Counted from the first letter of the stretch, positions 29,957-40,841 are shown. The stretch: 64,000 nt of DNA from Candidatus Multivoradales bacterium (GCA_965248925.1 CBDFLE010000006.1:1728001-1792000), one strand, 5' to 3'. Translations and numbers: made by a program. Notes: generated by a model not told the origin, from the sequence alone.

Positions 29957-32246
29957 CTAAGACTCCAAGCCCGAAAGGGCAGCTTGCAGGGCAGCGATCT
30001 CCTCTCCTCGACCAAGGTCTTGGAGCAAGGTACTCAATCTATCGAAAGCTTCTCGCTGATAGCGGTACTTTGCCTCCAAGGCAATCAACCGACGCAGGCT
30101 GCCTCGCAACAACGCTTCAGCTTCCTCGGGACGCCCCTGTAGGTCAACGGCCTCGCCGAGCAGGCAATCGGCGAAGGCCAACATCCAATGGCCGGAGAGG
30201 CGGGTTGTTGAGTGAGTTCTCCGCCGTCGGATGATCCTGGCCGTAGAGCTGCTGGCGAATTTCCAGACTGCGCCGCAGGGCCTCGGCCGCTTGCTGGTAG
30301 CGGCCGTAGTGGGTGTGGACCGTAGCCTCGTAGTCGAGCAACCCCATGTGCAGATCCGGCGACTCGAGATCGCTCTCGCGGAGCAGCCGCACGGCTTGCT
30401 CAATGGTCACCTCGGCACTGTCAAAGGCGTGGCGACTGCACAGAACCGAGGCCAGCACGGTGAGAATCTCAGCTTCCAGCTCTTCTTCCCGCGGCACCAG
30501 TCGGTCAACGATCTGGTGTGCTTGGCGAGCCAGCCCCTCGGCCTCCTCGAGTTGCCCCTGGCGCTTGCGTACCAAGGCCAGCCTCTTCAAGGTCTCAGCC
30601 ACCGACCTATCCTGGTCGCCAAGAGCAACACGGCGCAGCCGCAAGGCCTCTTCGAGCTGCGCTTGGGCTTGATCGAATAGCTGCAAACGCAGCAACATCG
30701 AGCCCGTGGTGTTGAGCACCTCAGCCCGCAGCTCAGGCTCCGCCCCCAGCCGTCCGTTGAGAATCGGCCCGGTGGCGAGCAGAATCTCCCGCAAGCTGGT
30801 ATCGGGGCCAGCGGCGCTGAACGGCTCAGCGTAAGCAACGATTTCCCCTAGCACCTCCAGCACACTACGCTTACGATCGCGTTCTCGCTGCGCCAGATCG
30901 GGCTCGCTCATGACCCGTGCCGACTGCCTCAAGATCACCGCCGCCGTGGCGCTGAGCAGCAGGGCAAAGAGCAACGCCGCCACCACCCCCCAACGATGAC
31001 GACCGACAAACTTACCCGCTCGGTAGCGCCAGGAACCGCGGCGAGCCGCGACTGGCAACCCCGCTTGCAAGCGGCCTAGCTCGGTGGCCAGCTCCGCCGG
31101 ACTGTCGTAGCGCTCCTGGGGCTTGCTGCGCAGCGCAGTGAGCACGATGGCATCGAGGTCTGCCTGCCAGGCACCGCGCCACGGCGGCAACTCCGCCGCC
31201 ATGGGCTCAAATTCGCTCGTTGTTGTCTGAGAAGCACGCCGGGCGGCGCTGGGCGCAGCCGGGACCGTGTCGAGCAAAATGCGCTCGATCTCCAGCATCG
31301 AATGACCGGGGAAGTCGAACGGCAGACGGCCGGTGAGTAGCTTGTAGAGCAGCACTCCTAACGAATACACATCGCTAGCGGTGGTGATCGGCCCTCCTTG
31401 GATCTGCTCCAAGCTGGCATAGCTGGGAGTCACCATGCGTTCCCAAGGGGCTGTCTCCACGAGATTCAAAGACCAGACATCGGCATTGAGCACCTTGGCG
31501 ATACCGAAGTCGAGCAGCTTGGGTTCACCCGCCGCCGTGACCAGGATGTTTGAGGGTTTGAGGTCGCGGTGGACGACCAAATTTCGGTGCGCGTAGTGCA
31601 CCGCAGCACAAACCTTCCGAAACAGCTCGAGCCGGGCTTCGACGGCCAGACCGTTGCGACTGCAATAGTCATCAATAGGCAATCCGTCCACGTACTCCAT
31701 GACGAAATACGGCAAGCCGTCGGCGGTGGCTCCGCCGTCGTAAAGACGAGCAATGTTGGGATGTTCGAGACTGGCGAGAATCTGCCGCTCGGCCCGCAGG
31801 CGCTCTAGCAAGACCTCCCGCTGGCGATCATCCCGCACCACCCTGATGACCACTTGCCGCCGGTACTGATCATCATCCCGCAGCGCCAGATAAGCGGTGC
31901 TGGTACCCCCACGGCCGACCTCGCGCAGCACACGATAGGGACCAAAGCGCTGGTTGGCCGGTACGCCCGTAGCGAACTGCCCGGTGGGAAGATTCTGGGT
32001 GTGGTCGGCGGGATCGCTCGGCTCCTGACTCGAGTCGGAGGCTGCCTCGACCCGCGATTGCTGAACCGCGGAATGATCGAGGATCGATCCCCCGGCGTGG
32101 TCAGCGGCGAGCATGCCCAGCACCGCCCGGCGCAATTCCGGGTCCTCGGCGGTCCACCTCTCGACCACCGCCCGCCGCTCAACCACCGGCTGGGCGAGAG
32201 CTTGCTCAAAGAGGCTCCAGACCCGCTCCCAACCCGTCACCGTCAT
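29957..32246 (-). pseudogene. Ser/Thr kinase-TPR gene, degenerate
   Basis: HRDLKPSN and DFG present, but the VAIK lysine is replaced (VVIRVV), the APE-type motif reads SLE, and there is a frame break near 30200. Confidence 0.8.
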
Positions 32247-32803
32247 TTCGCCTGCTCGGCTAAGTAGTGCAGCAACCAAGCTCGAGCCGAGCGCCAACGC
32301 CGCGACACCGTGGCACTGGAGATCCCCATCACCTCGGCGATCTCTTCCCGGCCCATGCCGCCGAAGAACTTGAGTTCGACGATTCGCGCACGTTCGCCGT
32401 CGGCAGCGGCAAGATCTCGCAGCGCATCGTCGAGATCCAACAGATTAGGGGGTCGCACGGGAGCCGGACTCGAGCCCAGCTCGCTGAGCGACAAATTGAC
32501 CACCAGAGCGGAGCGCTTCTGGCGCAATCGGGCGCGAGCCACATCGACCAGGATCTGGCGCATCAGGCGCGCACTCATGGCGAAGAAATGCGCCCGGTCC
32601 TTCCATCCCATGCGTTCCAACTCGGCCAATCGCAGGTAGGTCTCGTGCACCAGCGCGGTGGTCTCGAAGGGTTGGCTGGGGCCTTCTCGACGCAACAAGC
32701 GAGCGGCGACCGCCTTCAGGTGGCTTTAGGTCGCCGGCATCAACTCCGCCAGGGCCGACGCATCGCCATTGCGCCATGCGGTCAGCAAGCCGGTGATATC
32801 CAT
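32243..32803 (-). pseudogene. ECF sigma factor (TIGR02999-type) with in-frame TAA
   Basis: DITGLLTAWRNGD..ELMPAT*SHL..TTALVHETYLRL..DRAHFFA..ARAWL; TAA at 32726-32728. Confidence 0.85.
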
Positions 32804-32867
32804 GGGGCCTTCGATCACCATCGAATTCAAGTCTAAGCGATTGGAGGCCCCCAGGAACAACCGACCC

Positions 32868-33173
32868 TCAACCCGCAAAGGTGTTGCTGGGCGGACACTC
32901 CTCGGCACCGGGATCCATGCAACACAAGGTGCCTGTGGGCACCGCCAGGCCATTGTTGATCAAACACAACTCCTTGCAAGTTGCATCAGGCACGCTTTGG
33001 GTGCAGAAAGCGTTATTGGTTCGCGATAACGGTGTCGAAATCCACGAATGGCCACCGGAGCCATACTCGATCGACTGCACCTGACTCGGCATCGCCAGCA
33101 GGAGGATCAGTCCGAGACTGAAGACGGCACTGAAAAAGAAGATGGTCTTCGGATGAGTTCTGATAGTGGGCAT
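32868..33173 (-). CDS. Small secreted cysteine-rich protein
   Basis: RBS AAGGG, hydrophobic signal peptide, 6 Cys in a ~65-aa mature part. Confidence 0.6.
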   Translation of the reverse strand: MPTIRTHPKTIFFFSAVFSLGLILLLAMPSQVQSIEYGSGGHSWISTPLSRTNNAFCTQSVPDATCKELCLINNGLAVPTGTLCCMDPGAEECPPSNTFAG

Positions 33174-33493
33174 GTTGTTCCCCTTGGTTTCACTTGTTGT
33201 TATCGACCGTTGCTGCCTTGCCGAGCTGGGATCAGCGGTGCCCGCTGCGCCGGCCAGGGGTCGCCCACGGTTCCCCTTGTCATTACTCTTCAGCGACAAT
33301 CCTCGGCCGTTTGTATCATCGACTTTGATCTGCTGCTAACCGCGGCATCTCAGCGGCACCCAACCAACGCCTTCCCTGCTCGCCGATTTGACACCGATCG
33401 CCGCGATTCGTCGCTGGTTCGTAGGGTGAAGGGGCCGTCAACCTCCGGTCATCGGGCCACGGCCATCAACATGGGAAAATCAACGAGGAACAG

Positions 33494-34114
33494 ATGATGC
33501 AACGAACGCCCCCCGAGCTTGTCGAGCAAGCGATCTGGCATCTGCAAGTGAGCCAACACACCGAACTCTGCTTCCAAACCTTGGTTAGCGCCTACCGCGG
33601 ACAGATACAAAACTACTACCGCCACCGCGGCCTCGACCCCTGGGACGCGGAAGACCTCACTCAGGAGTGCTTCCTGGCAGTGGCCGTTGGCATCGGCAAC
33701 TACCATTGGCGATCCCCCATCCGTTCCTGGCTTTTGGGAGTGGCCAGCAACCGCTACCGCAGCTGGCTACGGCGACGCTCGACACAGCGGCGCGGGAGTA
33801 GAGAGGTGCCGCTAACCAACCTCGCCAGCCGCCCCCAGCTCGAAGAGCTGGCCGGCCCGGAGTCCTTGAAACAGGCCATCCACCACCAGCGGCGGCTGCT
33901 GCTCGGCCAGGCGATTCGCACCCTGCCCGTGCAGATGCGCCGCTGCACCAGGCTCTACTACTACGACCAACACAATACTCGCGAAATCGCCCGCCCACTC
34001 GGCTTGTGTCCAGCGACGGTAAGAGTTCAGCTGCACCGCGCCCGCCACCTGCTGACCGAGAGGGTAAGAGCGCAAGCTTGCCACCGCAGCGCGGCCTCCA
34101 TCAGACCCTCTTGA
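33494..34114 (+). CDS. ECF sigma-70 factor
   Basis: DAEDLTQECF, RSWLLGVA.N, region 4 EIA..LG....TVRVQLHRAR. Confidence 0.88.
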   Translation: MMQRTPPELVEQAIWHLQVSQHTELCFQTLVSAYRGQIQNYYRHRGLDPWDAEDLTQECFLAVAVGIGNYHWRSPIRSWLLGVASNRYRSWLRRRSTQRRGSREVPLTNLASRPQLEELAGPESLKQAIHHQRRLLLGQAIRTLPVQMRRCTRLYYYDQHNTREIARPLGLCPATVRVQLHRARHLLTERVRAQACHRSAASIRPS

Positions 34115-34156
34115 CAAGTCCAAAGAAGCTGACCAGGCAAGCCGACCAACCACCGC

Positions 34157-34846
34157 TCACCCTCCTTCGAAACCACCCCAGGAGTTCATCAAATGGCGAC
34201 GTCCATCGACATCTACTTCAAGTCCGCGAGGGGTCTGCCACAGCTCGAGCACGACTCTCCGTGACTCTGCCCCACCGCCGCTCAGAGATATCCGGCGGCC
34301 AACGAAACGGACCCCTAGCCCGGCGCCGCCATCTATCACCTCGAGCAAGGCGTTCGGCGCCTTTGCCGGGGTGGGTGGCCTTGCCGCCGAGCGCTCGGCT
34401 AGCGCCCCCACGGCGCCCGCAAGCAGCTGCTGGAACCATTGATCCATGGTGCTGCGCAGCAAGCGATCGGGCAGCCAACGACCCAAGCCGAGCAGCTCTA
34501 GATCGACCTGCAATGACAGAGTGGTACCTCGACCGTCGGGCGGCACCAGGAAACGCCACCCACCCTGCCAATGCATCGCCACGCTGCGCTGGACCTGCAT
34601 CAAGCCGCGCTCGCGGCGGCGCAGCTCTACTCGCTGTAACAACTCGCGGCCGAGCTGCCGTTGCTGAAACTCGGCGATGATGCACTCTGGCTGCTGGTCG
34701 ATGACCCGCACTTGTCGAATATCGATCATCCATCGGGGCCAGGATTCGACATCTTCGAATAGCTCCGCCACCCGCCCAGGGGCCGCCGGTAGGTGCCCCA
34801 CTAGCTTTAGCACTGGCGCCAGCCTCGGCCCGCCCGGTAGCGCCAA
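34157..34846 (-). CDS. SRPBCC/START-domain protein with C-terminal extension
   Basis: LFEDVESWPRWM, WQGGWRF..GTTL; the exact start is uncertain. Confidence 0.7.
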   Translation of the reverse strand: MALPGGPRLAPVLKLVGHLPAAPGRVAELFEDVESWPRWMIDIRQVRVIDQQPECIIAEFQQRQLGRELLQRVELRRRERGLMQVQRSVAMHWQGGWRFLVPPDGRGTTLSLQVDLELLGLGRWLPDRLLRSTMDQWFQQLLAGAVGALAERSAARPPTPAKAPNALLEVIDGGAGLGVRFVGRRISLSGGGAESRRVVLELWQTPRGLEVDVDGRRHLMNSWGGFEGG

Positions 34847-35379
34847 ACCACCCCTGCAAGATCCAGTTCGAGTTCACCCTCGGGAGTCTCGATCAACCGC
34901 AGCAAGAGCCGTTCATGATCCGCGTCGGTCGCTGGTTTCACCGCCTGTACCGCGGGAGGGACTTCCGGGCTGGAGGCACGGATAGCGTCGAAGAAGGTTG
35001 TCAGCACAACACGCAGGTGGCGCCGCAGGCCAAATCTAAGGGGTGACGTCGAGACCGCCAGACTGAACTCCAGAAGGGTTTGCTGGGTTCCTGGCGCCGG
35101 GGTCATGGAACAGCGGCCAGAGTAGGCCGATCCAATTTCATCTACCTGGTGGAAGGTGATCGTGTCGGGGGGGGACTCGACAACTTCAAAGACCTTGCGG
35201 CAAGTTGCCGGCGCGGACAGAGCGAACTCGACAATCGCCACGCCAGCCTCGCGAGCGAGCAAACGCACACTGTCCACGGGCGGCAGCCAAGAAGGGAAGT
35301 CCTGGTAGGAAGTCAGCTGGCGGTAGAGCTGCTCGCGGGACCTGGCAAAGAGGAGTTGCTGATGTTCTCGACGAATCAT
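34807..35379 (-). CDS. SRPBCC/START-domain protein with C-terminal extension
   Basis: LYRQLTSYQDFPSWLPPV..VRLL, typical of the polyketide-cyclase/START N-terminus. Confidence 0.7.
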   Translation of the reverse strand: MIRREHQQLLFARSREQLYRQLTSYQDFPSWLPPVDSVRLLAREAGVAIVEFALSAPATCRKVFEVVESPPDTITFHQVDEIGSAYSGRCSMTPAPGTQQTLLEFSLAVSTSPLRFGLRRHLRVVLTTFFDAIRASSPEVPPAVQAVKPATDADHERLLLRLIETPEGELELDLAGVVWRYRAGRGWRQC

Positions 35380-35387
35380 CGGCTCAT

Positions 35388-36269
35388 TCAGGCTGGGTCA
35401 CGCCGCCGACCACCAGCAGACTGATCGACCTCACCCGCACCACCGCGCAAGTCGTCGAAGAAAGAACCGACCATCCGCCGCGGCAGGTGCAGCCCCTGGT
35501 CGAACGCCTCCCGGCCCGCTCGCCAAAAGCCCATGGGCAATGAGCGGGCCAAATCCGCCAGCGGACGATCGCCTTCGAGTTCAAGCTCGTCCTTGAGCGT
35601 CCGTGTAACTTGTCGGCAAGCACTGACCGAGCCGCTGATGCCGACAATTCCTGAAGCGATCATCGCCGTTGGTAGGCGCAGCACGCTGTCTATCCCCAAG
35701 CGGTTCGAGACGACCAACCGAGCCGTCGCGGCGGCTGGCGGAGGTTCTTCACCCACCGATCCGCTGGCGCTGGCAATCACCGCAGCCGGTGCGGCCCCTT
35801 CGGCATGCAGCAGGCGATCCTGTAGGTCGCGCAATCGGTCGACCAGGGTCGGCACCAAGCTCCAAGCGATGCGCGGATGACGATCCAGCAGCCGGCGGAA
35901 GCCCTCGCGGGTAAGCAGAAGAACCTCGGTCGGCTCAAGGGCAACAGCACTGGCCGACCGCGGCCGCTCATCGATCAGCGCCATCTCACCAACCACCGCA
36001 CCGCAGCCAAGCTCAGCGACCACCAAGCGATCTTCAGCCTCGCTGACAAATACCTCGACCCGGCCACGGGTGATCAACAGCAGACCCAAACCCACGGTGC
36101 CTTGACGCAAAACCAGGCTGCCGGTAGGGAACGAGCGCTGCACACTGAGCCTGGCGATCTGCCGAAGACTGGCGTCGTCCAGGTGACTGAAGAAATCGAT
36201 CCTAGCCAGTTTCTCCATCACCTGAGCGTCAGGGGCCGGCGCCATCTTCTCCCACAGGCTTCTCAACAA
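35388..36269 (-). CDS. Cyclic nucleotide-binding domain protein with unknown C-terminal domain
   Basis: FFSHLDD..L..I, GEMALID..PRSASAVALE phosphate-binding cassette; no Crp HTH evident. Confidence 0.85.
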   Translation of the reverse strand: MLRSLWEKMAPAPDAQVMEKLARIDFFSHLDDASLRQIARLSVQRSFPTGSLVLRQGTVGLGLLLITRGRVEVFVSEAEDRLVVAELGCGAVVGEMALIDERPRSASAVALEPTEVLLLTREGFRRLLDRHPRIAWSLVPTLVDRLRDLQDRLLHAEGAAPAAVIASASGSVGEEPPPAAATARLVVSNRLGIDSVLRLPTAMIASGIVGISGSVSACRQVTRTLKDELELEGDRPLADLARSLPMGFWRAGREAFDQGLHLPRRMVGSFFDDLRGGAGEVDQSAGGRRRDPA

Positions 36270-36572
36270 GGCGCTTCTCCTTGGCTCGCGGCATCACTTT
36301 CCGAAGTGGATCTCACCGTCACGAAACGATGTCCGGGATGGCGATCAGCTATTCGGGAAAGTGCGCTTCAGCTTACCCCATCGCCCCGAGCTACGGCTGG
36401 CGGCGGCCAGCAACTGCCCGTGCGTCAGGGACATAGCCCGCAGATAGGCAAGAAGACAAGGGGAAAGACCGTCGCCCCTTGAAGACGAGCGGCCTGCTCG
36501 GCAATCATGCTTGCTGCCAGCTTCAGCCTTGCTACCGACGAACCTCACCAGAGACGACGTGCACTGAGTCGA

Positions 36573-36865
36573 CTAGGGCTCGCGATAGCGCAGCAGCTCT
36601 TCTTCGACCAAGCACCGCAACTCGGCCAGCTGCTCGGGACGCACCACCGACGGCTGGGCCTCGACGATCAACACATGAGGAATCTGCGGATTGTCCGGAT
36701 AAATCTCGTGGCGCTCGATATCGACGAACAGCGGCAAGTCGCTGTGCCCATGGCGGTGCCAGGAGAGATCCCCGAAACCGCACACCTCAAGCGCCCGGCC
36801 CAGCAGTTCTCGATTCCACAGGAAGCGATGCTGCCAGCCATAGAATGAGCGGTTGGCGTGCAGAC
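36573..36865 (-). pseudogene. 3' remnant of a SAM-dependent methyltransferase-like gene truncated by IS21
   Basis: Frame open up to the IS end: NRSFYGWQHRFLWNRELLGRALEVCGF..GHS..F..IERH. Confidence 0.55.
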
Positions 36866-37219
36866 TGCCTATTCCGACGAAACTGACCAGCCATTCCGAT
36901 CGAAACCGACCACTTGTCGGAGCGAAGCGACGCTGGCGCTCTCCTCAGTTGTAGGTGTCCACTTTCGCTGTAGCTGGAGGCCTCCTTCCGGCTCTTCTTC
37001 TTGATTGATTGTATTCAAATAACCCGTCGTCGGGGCTGTGCGTAGCTGTGGGAAACGCAGGTAGGGGGCAGGGGGGCGTTTTCCAAGCGGTTGTGGGAAT
37101 CGCAGAGCGATTTCCACAACCGCGGCAGCTTCCACAGTCCATCTTGGGTCGGGTCCGGATCGGGCCGCAGGCCCGCTGATGGGTCAGGATCGGCGATCGC
37201 TTCAGCATGCTCTTGGATC

Positions 37220-37984
37220 TCACCTTGCCTCTCGCTGGGCGGCCTTGCGAATACCGCCGGCTCTCTTCGCCCGCATGGAGTCACCGTCCACCGCGAGCTT
37301 GTAGGCGCCGTGGACAATGCGATCGAGGATGGCGTCGGCCAAGGTCGGATCGCCGATGACCTCGTACCAGCTCTCAACCGGTAGCTGGGAGGTCACCAGC
37401 GTGGAGCGGTTGCCGTAGCGGTCCTCAAGAATCTCGAGCAGGTCGCGCCGCTCGCTGGCCCCGATCGGCGCCAGCCCCCAGTCGTCGAGGATGAGCAGGT
37501 CTGTGCGAGCATAGCTCTTGAGCAGCTTCTCGTAGCTACCATCACCCCGCGCGATGGCGAGCTGGCGAAACAGCCTCGGCACCCGCAGGTACAAAGCGGT
37601 GTAACCCTCCCGACATGCCTTGTGCGCGAAGGCGCAGGCGAGAAAGGTCTTGCCCACCCCGGCCTTGCCGGTGATCAGCACGTTGAGATGCTCGGCGATC
37701 CACTGGCACGAGGCCAGGCGCAGGATCTGGCCTTTGTCCAGGCCCCTCTTGGCTCGCCAGTCGATGTCTTCGATGGCCGCCTGCTCGCGCAGCTTGGCTT
37801 TTCGCAACCGCGCTATCAAGCGGCGGCTGGATCGCTCGGTCGCTTCGCGCTCGACCAGCAGCCCGAGGCGCTCTTCGAAGGAGAGCTCTGAGACATCGAC
37901 CATCGACAGCTGCTCCTCAAAGGCTTTGGCCATACCGTGGAGCTTGAGCGCGGCGAGTTGATCGAGCGTCGCGTGCCTCAGCAT
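37220..37984 (-). CDS. istB: IS21 helper ATPase IstB
   Basis: GKAGVGKT, LLILDDWG, TSQLPV..W, DPTLADAILDRIVH; start ATG 37984. Confidence 0.95.
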   Translation of the reverse strand: MLRHATLDQLAALKLHGMAKAFEEQLSMVDVSELSFEERLGLLVEREATERSSRRLIARLRKAKLREQAAIEDIDWRAKRGLDKGQILRLASCQWIAEHLNVLITGKAGVGKTFLACAFAHKACREGYTALYLRVPRLFRQLAIARGDGSYEKLLKSYARTDLLILDDWGLAPIGASERRDLLEILEDRYGNRSTLVTSQLPVESWYEVIGDPTLADAILDRIVHGAYKLAVDGDSMRAKRAGGIRKAAQREAR

Positions 37985-39552
37985 GGCGGCGTCTCCTCGC
38001 GGCGCGCGGCACTGTAGTAGCTGGCGCCGCGGACGTTGCGGTGCTCGATCGGCGCCGTCACTTCGGTGGGCTCGGGCGCTGCTTGCTGGTCCAGGCCGCT
38101 CTTCAGGATCGACTTCACGCTCTTGTAGGACAGGCCGTGAATGGCGAGCGCGCGGCGGCACGCAGCCTCCAAACGATTGGCACCATAGGTCTTGCCCAGG
38201 CGCATCAGCCCCAGACACGAGCGAAAGCCGTGCTGAGGATGGGAGCGGTTAAGCATGATGGTCTCCACCAGTTCGGCCGTCGCCTGGCCTGTTTTCGCCG
38301 CCCAGCTGATCAGCCGTGTCGGTGTCCACTCCAGGTACGCCTGGTGCGCTTTGGGCATGTGCTCGCTCTGGGTCGTGTGCCGACCCCGACACCGATTGCG
38401 ACGATGAGCAGCCACACGCTTGCCGCGATCGAGCACCTCCACCAGTTGCGCCGTCGCCCGCAGATCGAGCTGCTTCTTGATCAGCTGGTACGGCACACTG
38501 TAATAGTGGCCCTCGAACTCGACGTGGTAGTCCGGGGCAACGCGTACCTTCTTCCATTCGGCAAGCTCGTAGGGCTGGAGCGGCAAAGCACCCAGAGCAG
38601 GACGATCGACCTGCTCGAACAGCGCTCGGCGCGAGACGCCCAACACCTTCAGCGGACGGTCGTTAAGCTCGACCAGAAGCTTCGCGATGCTCTCGTTGAG
38701 CTCTCGCAGGCTGAAGAACTGCTGGTTACGCAGCCGGGCCAGAATCCAGCGCTCCACTTGCAATACACCATTTTCGACCTTCGCCTTGTCTTGGGGCTTC
38801 CTCACCCGCGCCGGCACCACCGCCACGCCGTAGTGCTCGGCCAACTCCGCGTAGGTGCGATTGATCTCCGGCTCGTAGCGGCACGGGCTGGTCACGCCGC
38901 TCTTCAGATTGTCCGGCACCACCAGCTCGCTCACCCCGCCCAGAGCCGCGAAGGTCCGCACATGAGAGCCGATCCAGTCCTCCAGGCCCTGGCTCCACGT
39001 TGATTCGGCATAGGTGTAGTTGCTCGCCCCCAGCACCGCCACGAAGATCTGCGCTTCGCGCGCTTTGCCAGTCGCCGGGTCGATCACCCTCACGGTCTGT
39101 CCGGCATAGTCGACGAACAGCTTCTCGCCCGCCCGGTAGGCTTGGCGCAGGCACACATCCAGGCGCCCTTCCCAGATCCGGTACAGCTGACAGAAGCGGC
39201 TGAGACCGTAGCCGTCAGGATGGTCCTCCCGGTACTCCTGCCACAGCAGCGACAGGGTTACGCACTTCTTCTTCAGCTCGCCATGCACCTTGGTCCAGTC
39301 GGGCAAGGCTCGCTGACCACCCCTCCGAAGCGGCTGCGGCCGAGGGTACAGGCGTTGCTCCAGCTCAGCGTCGCTCAAAGCTGCTACTTGCTCCCAGCTC
39401 AGGCCTTCAACCTTGGCTCGCAGCAGGTAGTTGCACACCGTCACGTGGCCCAGCCGAACCGACCGTCCGATCTGGCGGTGCGACAGGCCATGCTGCCATT
39501 TCAGTCTCAGTACCTCGCGTATCTTGCGCATCGATGTCCTCACTCTCGGCAT
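37978..39552 (-). CDS. istA: IS21 transposase IstA
   Basis: MRKIREVLRL HTH, FVDYAG, VPDNLKSGV, PQDKAKVENGV. Confidence 0.96.
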   Translation of the reverse strand: MPRVRTSMRKIREVLRLKWQHGLSHRQIGRSVRLGHVTVCNYLLRAKVEGLSWEQVAALSDAELEQRLYPRPQPLRRGGQRALPDWTKVHGELKKKCVTLSLLWQEYREDHPDGYGLSRFCQLYRIWEGRLDVCLRQAYRAGEKLFVDYAGQTVRVIDPATGKAREAQIFVAVLGASNYTYAESTWSQGLEDWIGSHVRTFAALGGVSELVVPDNLKSGVTSPCRYEPEINRTYAELAEHYGVAVVPARVRKPQDKAKVENGVLQVERWILARLRNQQFFSLRELNESIAKLLVELNDRPLKVLGVSRRALFEQVDRPALGALPLQPYELAEWKKVRVAPDYHVEFEGHYYSVPYQLIKKQLDLRATAQLVEVLDRGKRVAAHRRNRCRGRHTTQSEHMPKAHQAYLEWTPTRLISWAAKTGQATAELVETIMLNRSHPQHGFRSCLGLMRLGKTYGANRLEAACRRALAIHGLSYKSVKSILKSGLDQQAAPEPTEVTAPIEHRNVRGASYYSAARREETPPC

Positions 39553-39766
39553 CCAATCCTCCTTTCAAGGAGGCTGGAATACCCCAATTGTGAGGAGCGC
39601 GCTACCGTCGAACTCCGCCGTGGCCAGGATTCCGATCCAATCTGACCACCCATTCCGATCGACCCGGAAAAGTGGTCACTTTCGATCGGAATCGATGGTC
39701 AGATTCCGTTGGAATCACTGGTCACTTTCAATCGGAATCGGTGGTCGGTTTCCGTCGGTGCAGGCA

Positions 39767-40149
39767 ACAGCTTCGATGCAATCGCTAATGTTCGACTCTC
39801 GCCCGTACGTCATGCCTTTGAAGAAGTCCAAATTGTAGACATCGAAAACCCCAGGACCCATGACGTACTTGTAGATGTCTTGCTGCACTAGCTCCACCGG
39901 TATTCCAAAATTTCCCAGGTCGATCGCAAGACGCATCGCATCCGCAATCTTCGGATCGTTCTCAACCGCAACCACCGAAGAGATAAGCGCAGACCACGCT
40001 CGGACATCGAGGAACTCGATGCTCGGAAGTCCACAGTACCTAAGCCCTGATTTTTTTACCGTAACCATGAACTCCCGCAGTAGGCGCCTGTCTCGACGTC
40101 GAAGTTCCCGTTTCTCTTTCGAGTCCGGAAATGTGTTAGTCAGATACAT
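39767..40149 (-). pseudogene. SAM-methyltransferase-fold-like protein, 3'-truncated by IS21
   Basis: LRYCGLPSIEFLDV, VVAVEND, FDVYNLDF.G resemble class I MTase motifs I, II and IV; start overlaps the upstream stop. Confidence 0.55.
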
Positions 40150-40841
40150 CCGCCCATCTTCCAATCGCCTCCTCGACACGCTTGGCAACCTGCACAAAGT
40201 CCTCGTGCCCATCGCCGAGCACGTTCTCTATGGCCCAGAGAACGGTGGAAACGAGTTCTTCTACATTCAACTTTGAGACCGACGCTGTCTTCGCATCGTC
40301 GTCGCTTTTCTCTCCGGCACCCGGCCCATCGCCAAGCTCTTGCGTACTGCATTCACCGCCCGTATCCTCCACCTCGCTTCCAGAGTTACCCAGGTCAACA
40401 CCGTCTCCATTTCCCGTATCGATCTTCTCACTTGCTCCACTTGAAACTGGCTGAGATACGACTATCGACTTCAGCGACTTCAATGCTTTCTTACGTCGTG
40501 ACTCAAAATCCTTGTTCTTAAGAAGTTCAACCAAAATTCTTTTCTGCTCGCTCGCCGCGGGCCCCTTCCTCTTGCTAGAAATTGCTCCTAAACTAGTGAT
40601 CTGTTCTGTTCGCCGCTTAGTCAGTTCCACCTCATCGACAGACACCCCGGCCTTGTATGCCTCTGCAAAGTCCTCAGCCTTCTCTAGCTTTTTCTTGAGA
40701 CTATTGAAATCACTGCGCCCGCGAGCCTCAAGCAGGCGTTCGTGATAGAACCCCCTCAATTCAGCGATCAACTCACGCGACTCGTCTGTCTGTTCCAGGG
40801 CATCGCGGGGTGTATCTGGACGGATCGATGGGTTTGTAATA

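Larger units (their letters stand above)
36866..39766 (-). mobile_element. IS21-family element
   Basis: Ends TGCCT..CCGACG(G)AAAC(T/C)GACCA with multiple subterminal GACCAC..TTCCGAT repeats; istA/istB inside; no matching TSD. Confidence 0.92.

Noticed and set aside
39640-39766. Novel ~23-bp repeat array
   Set aside because: These are the ordinary subterminal transposase-binding repeats of IS21 ends.
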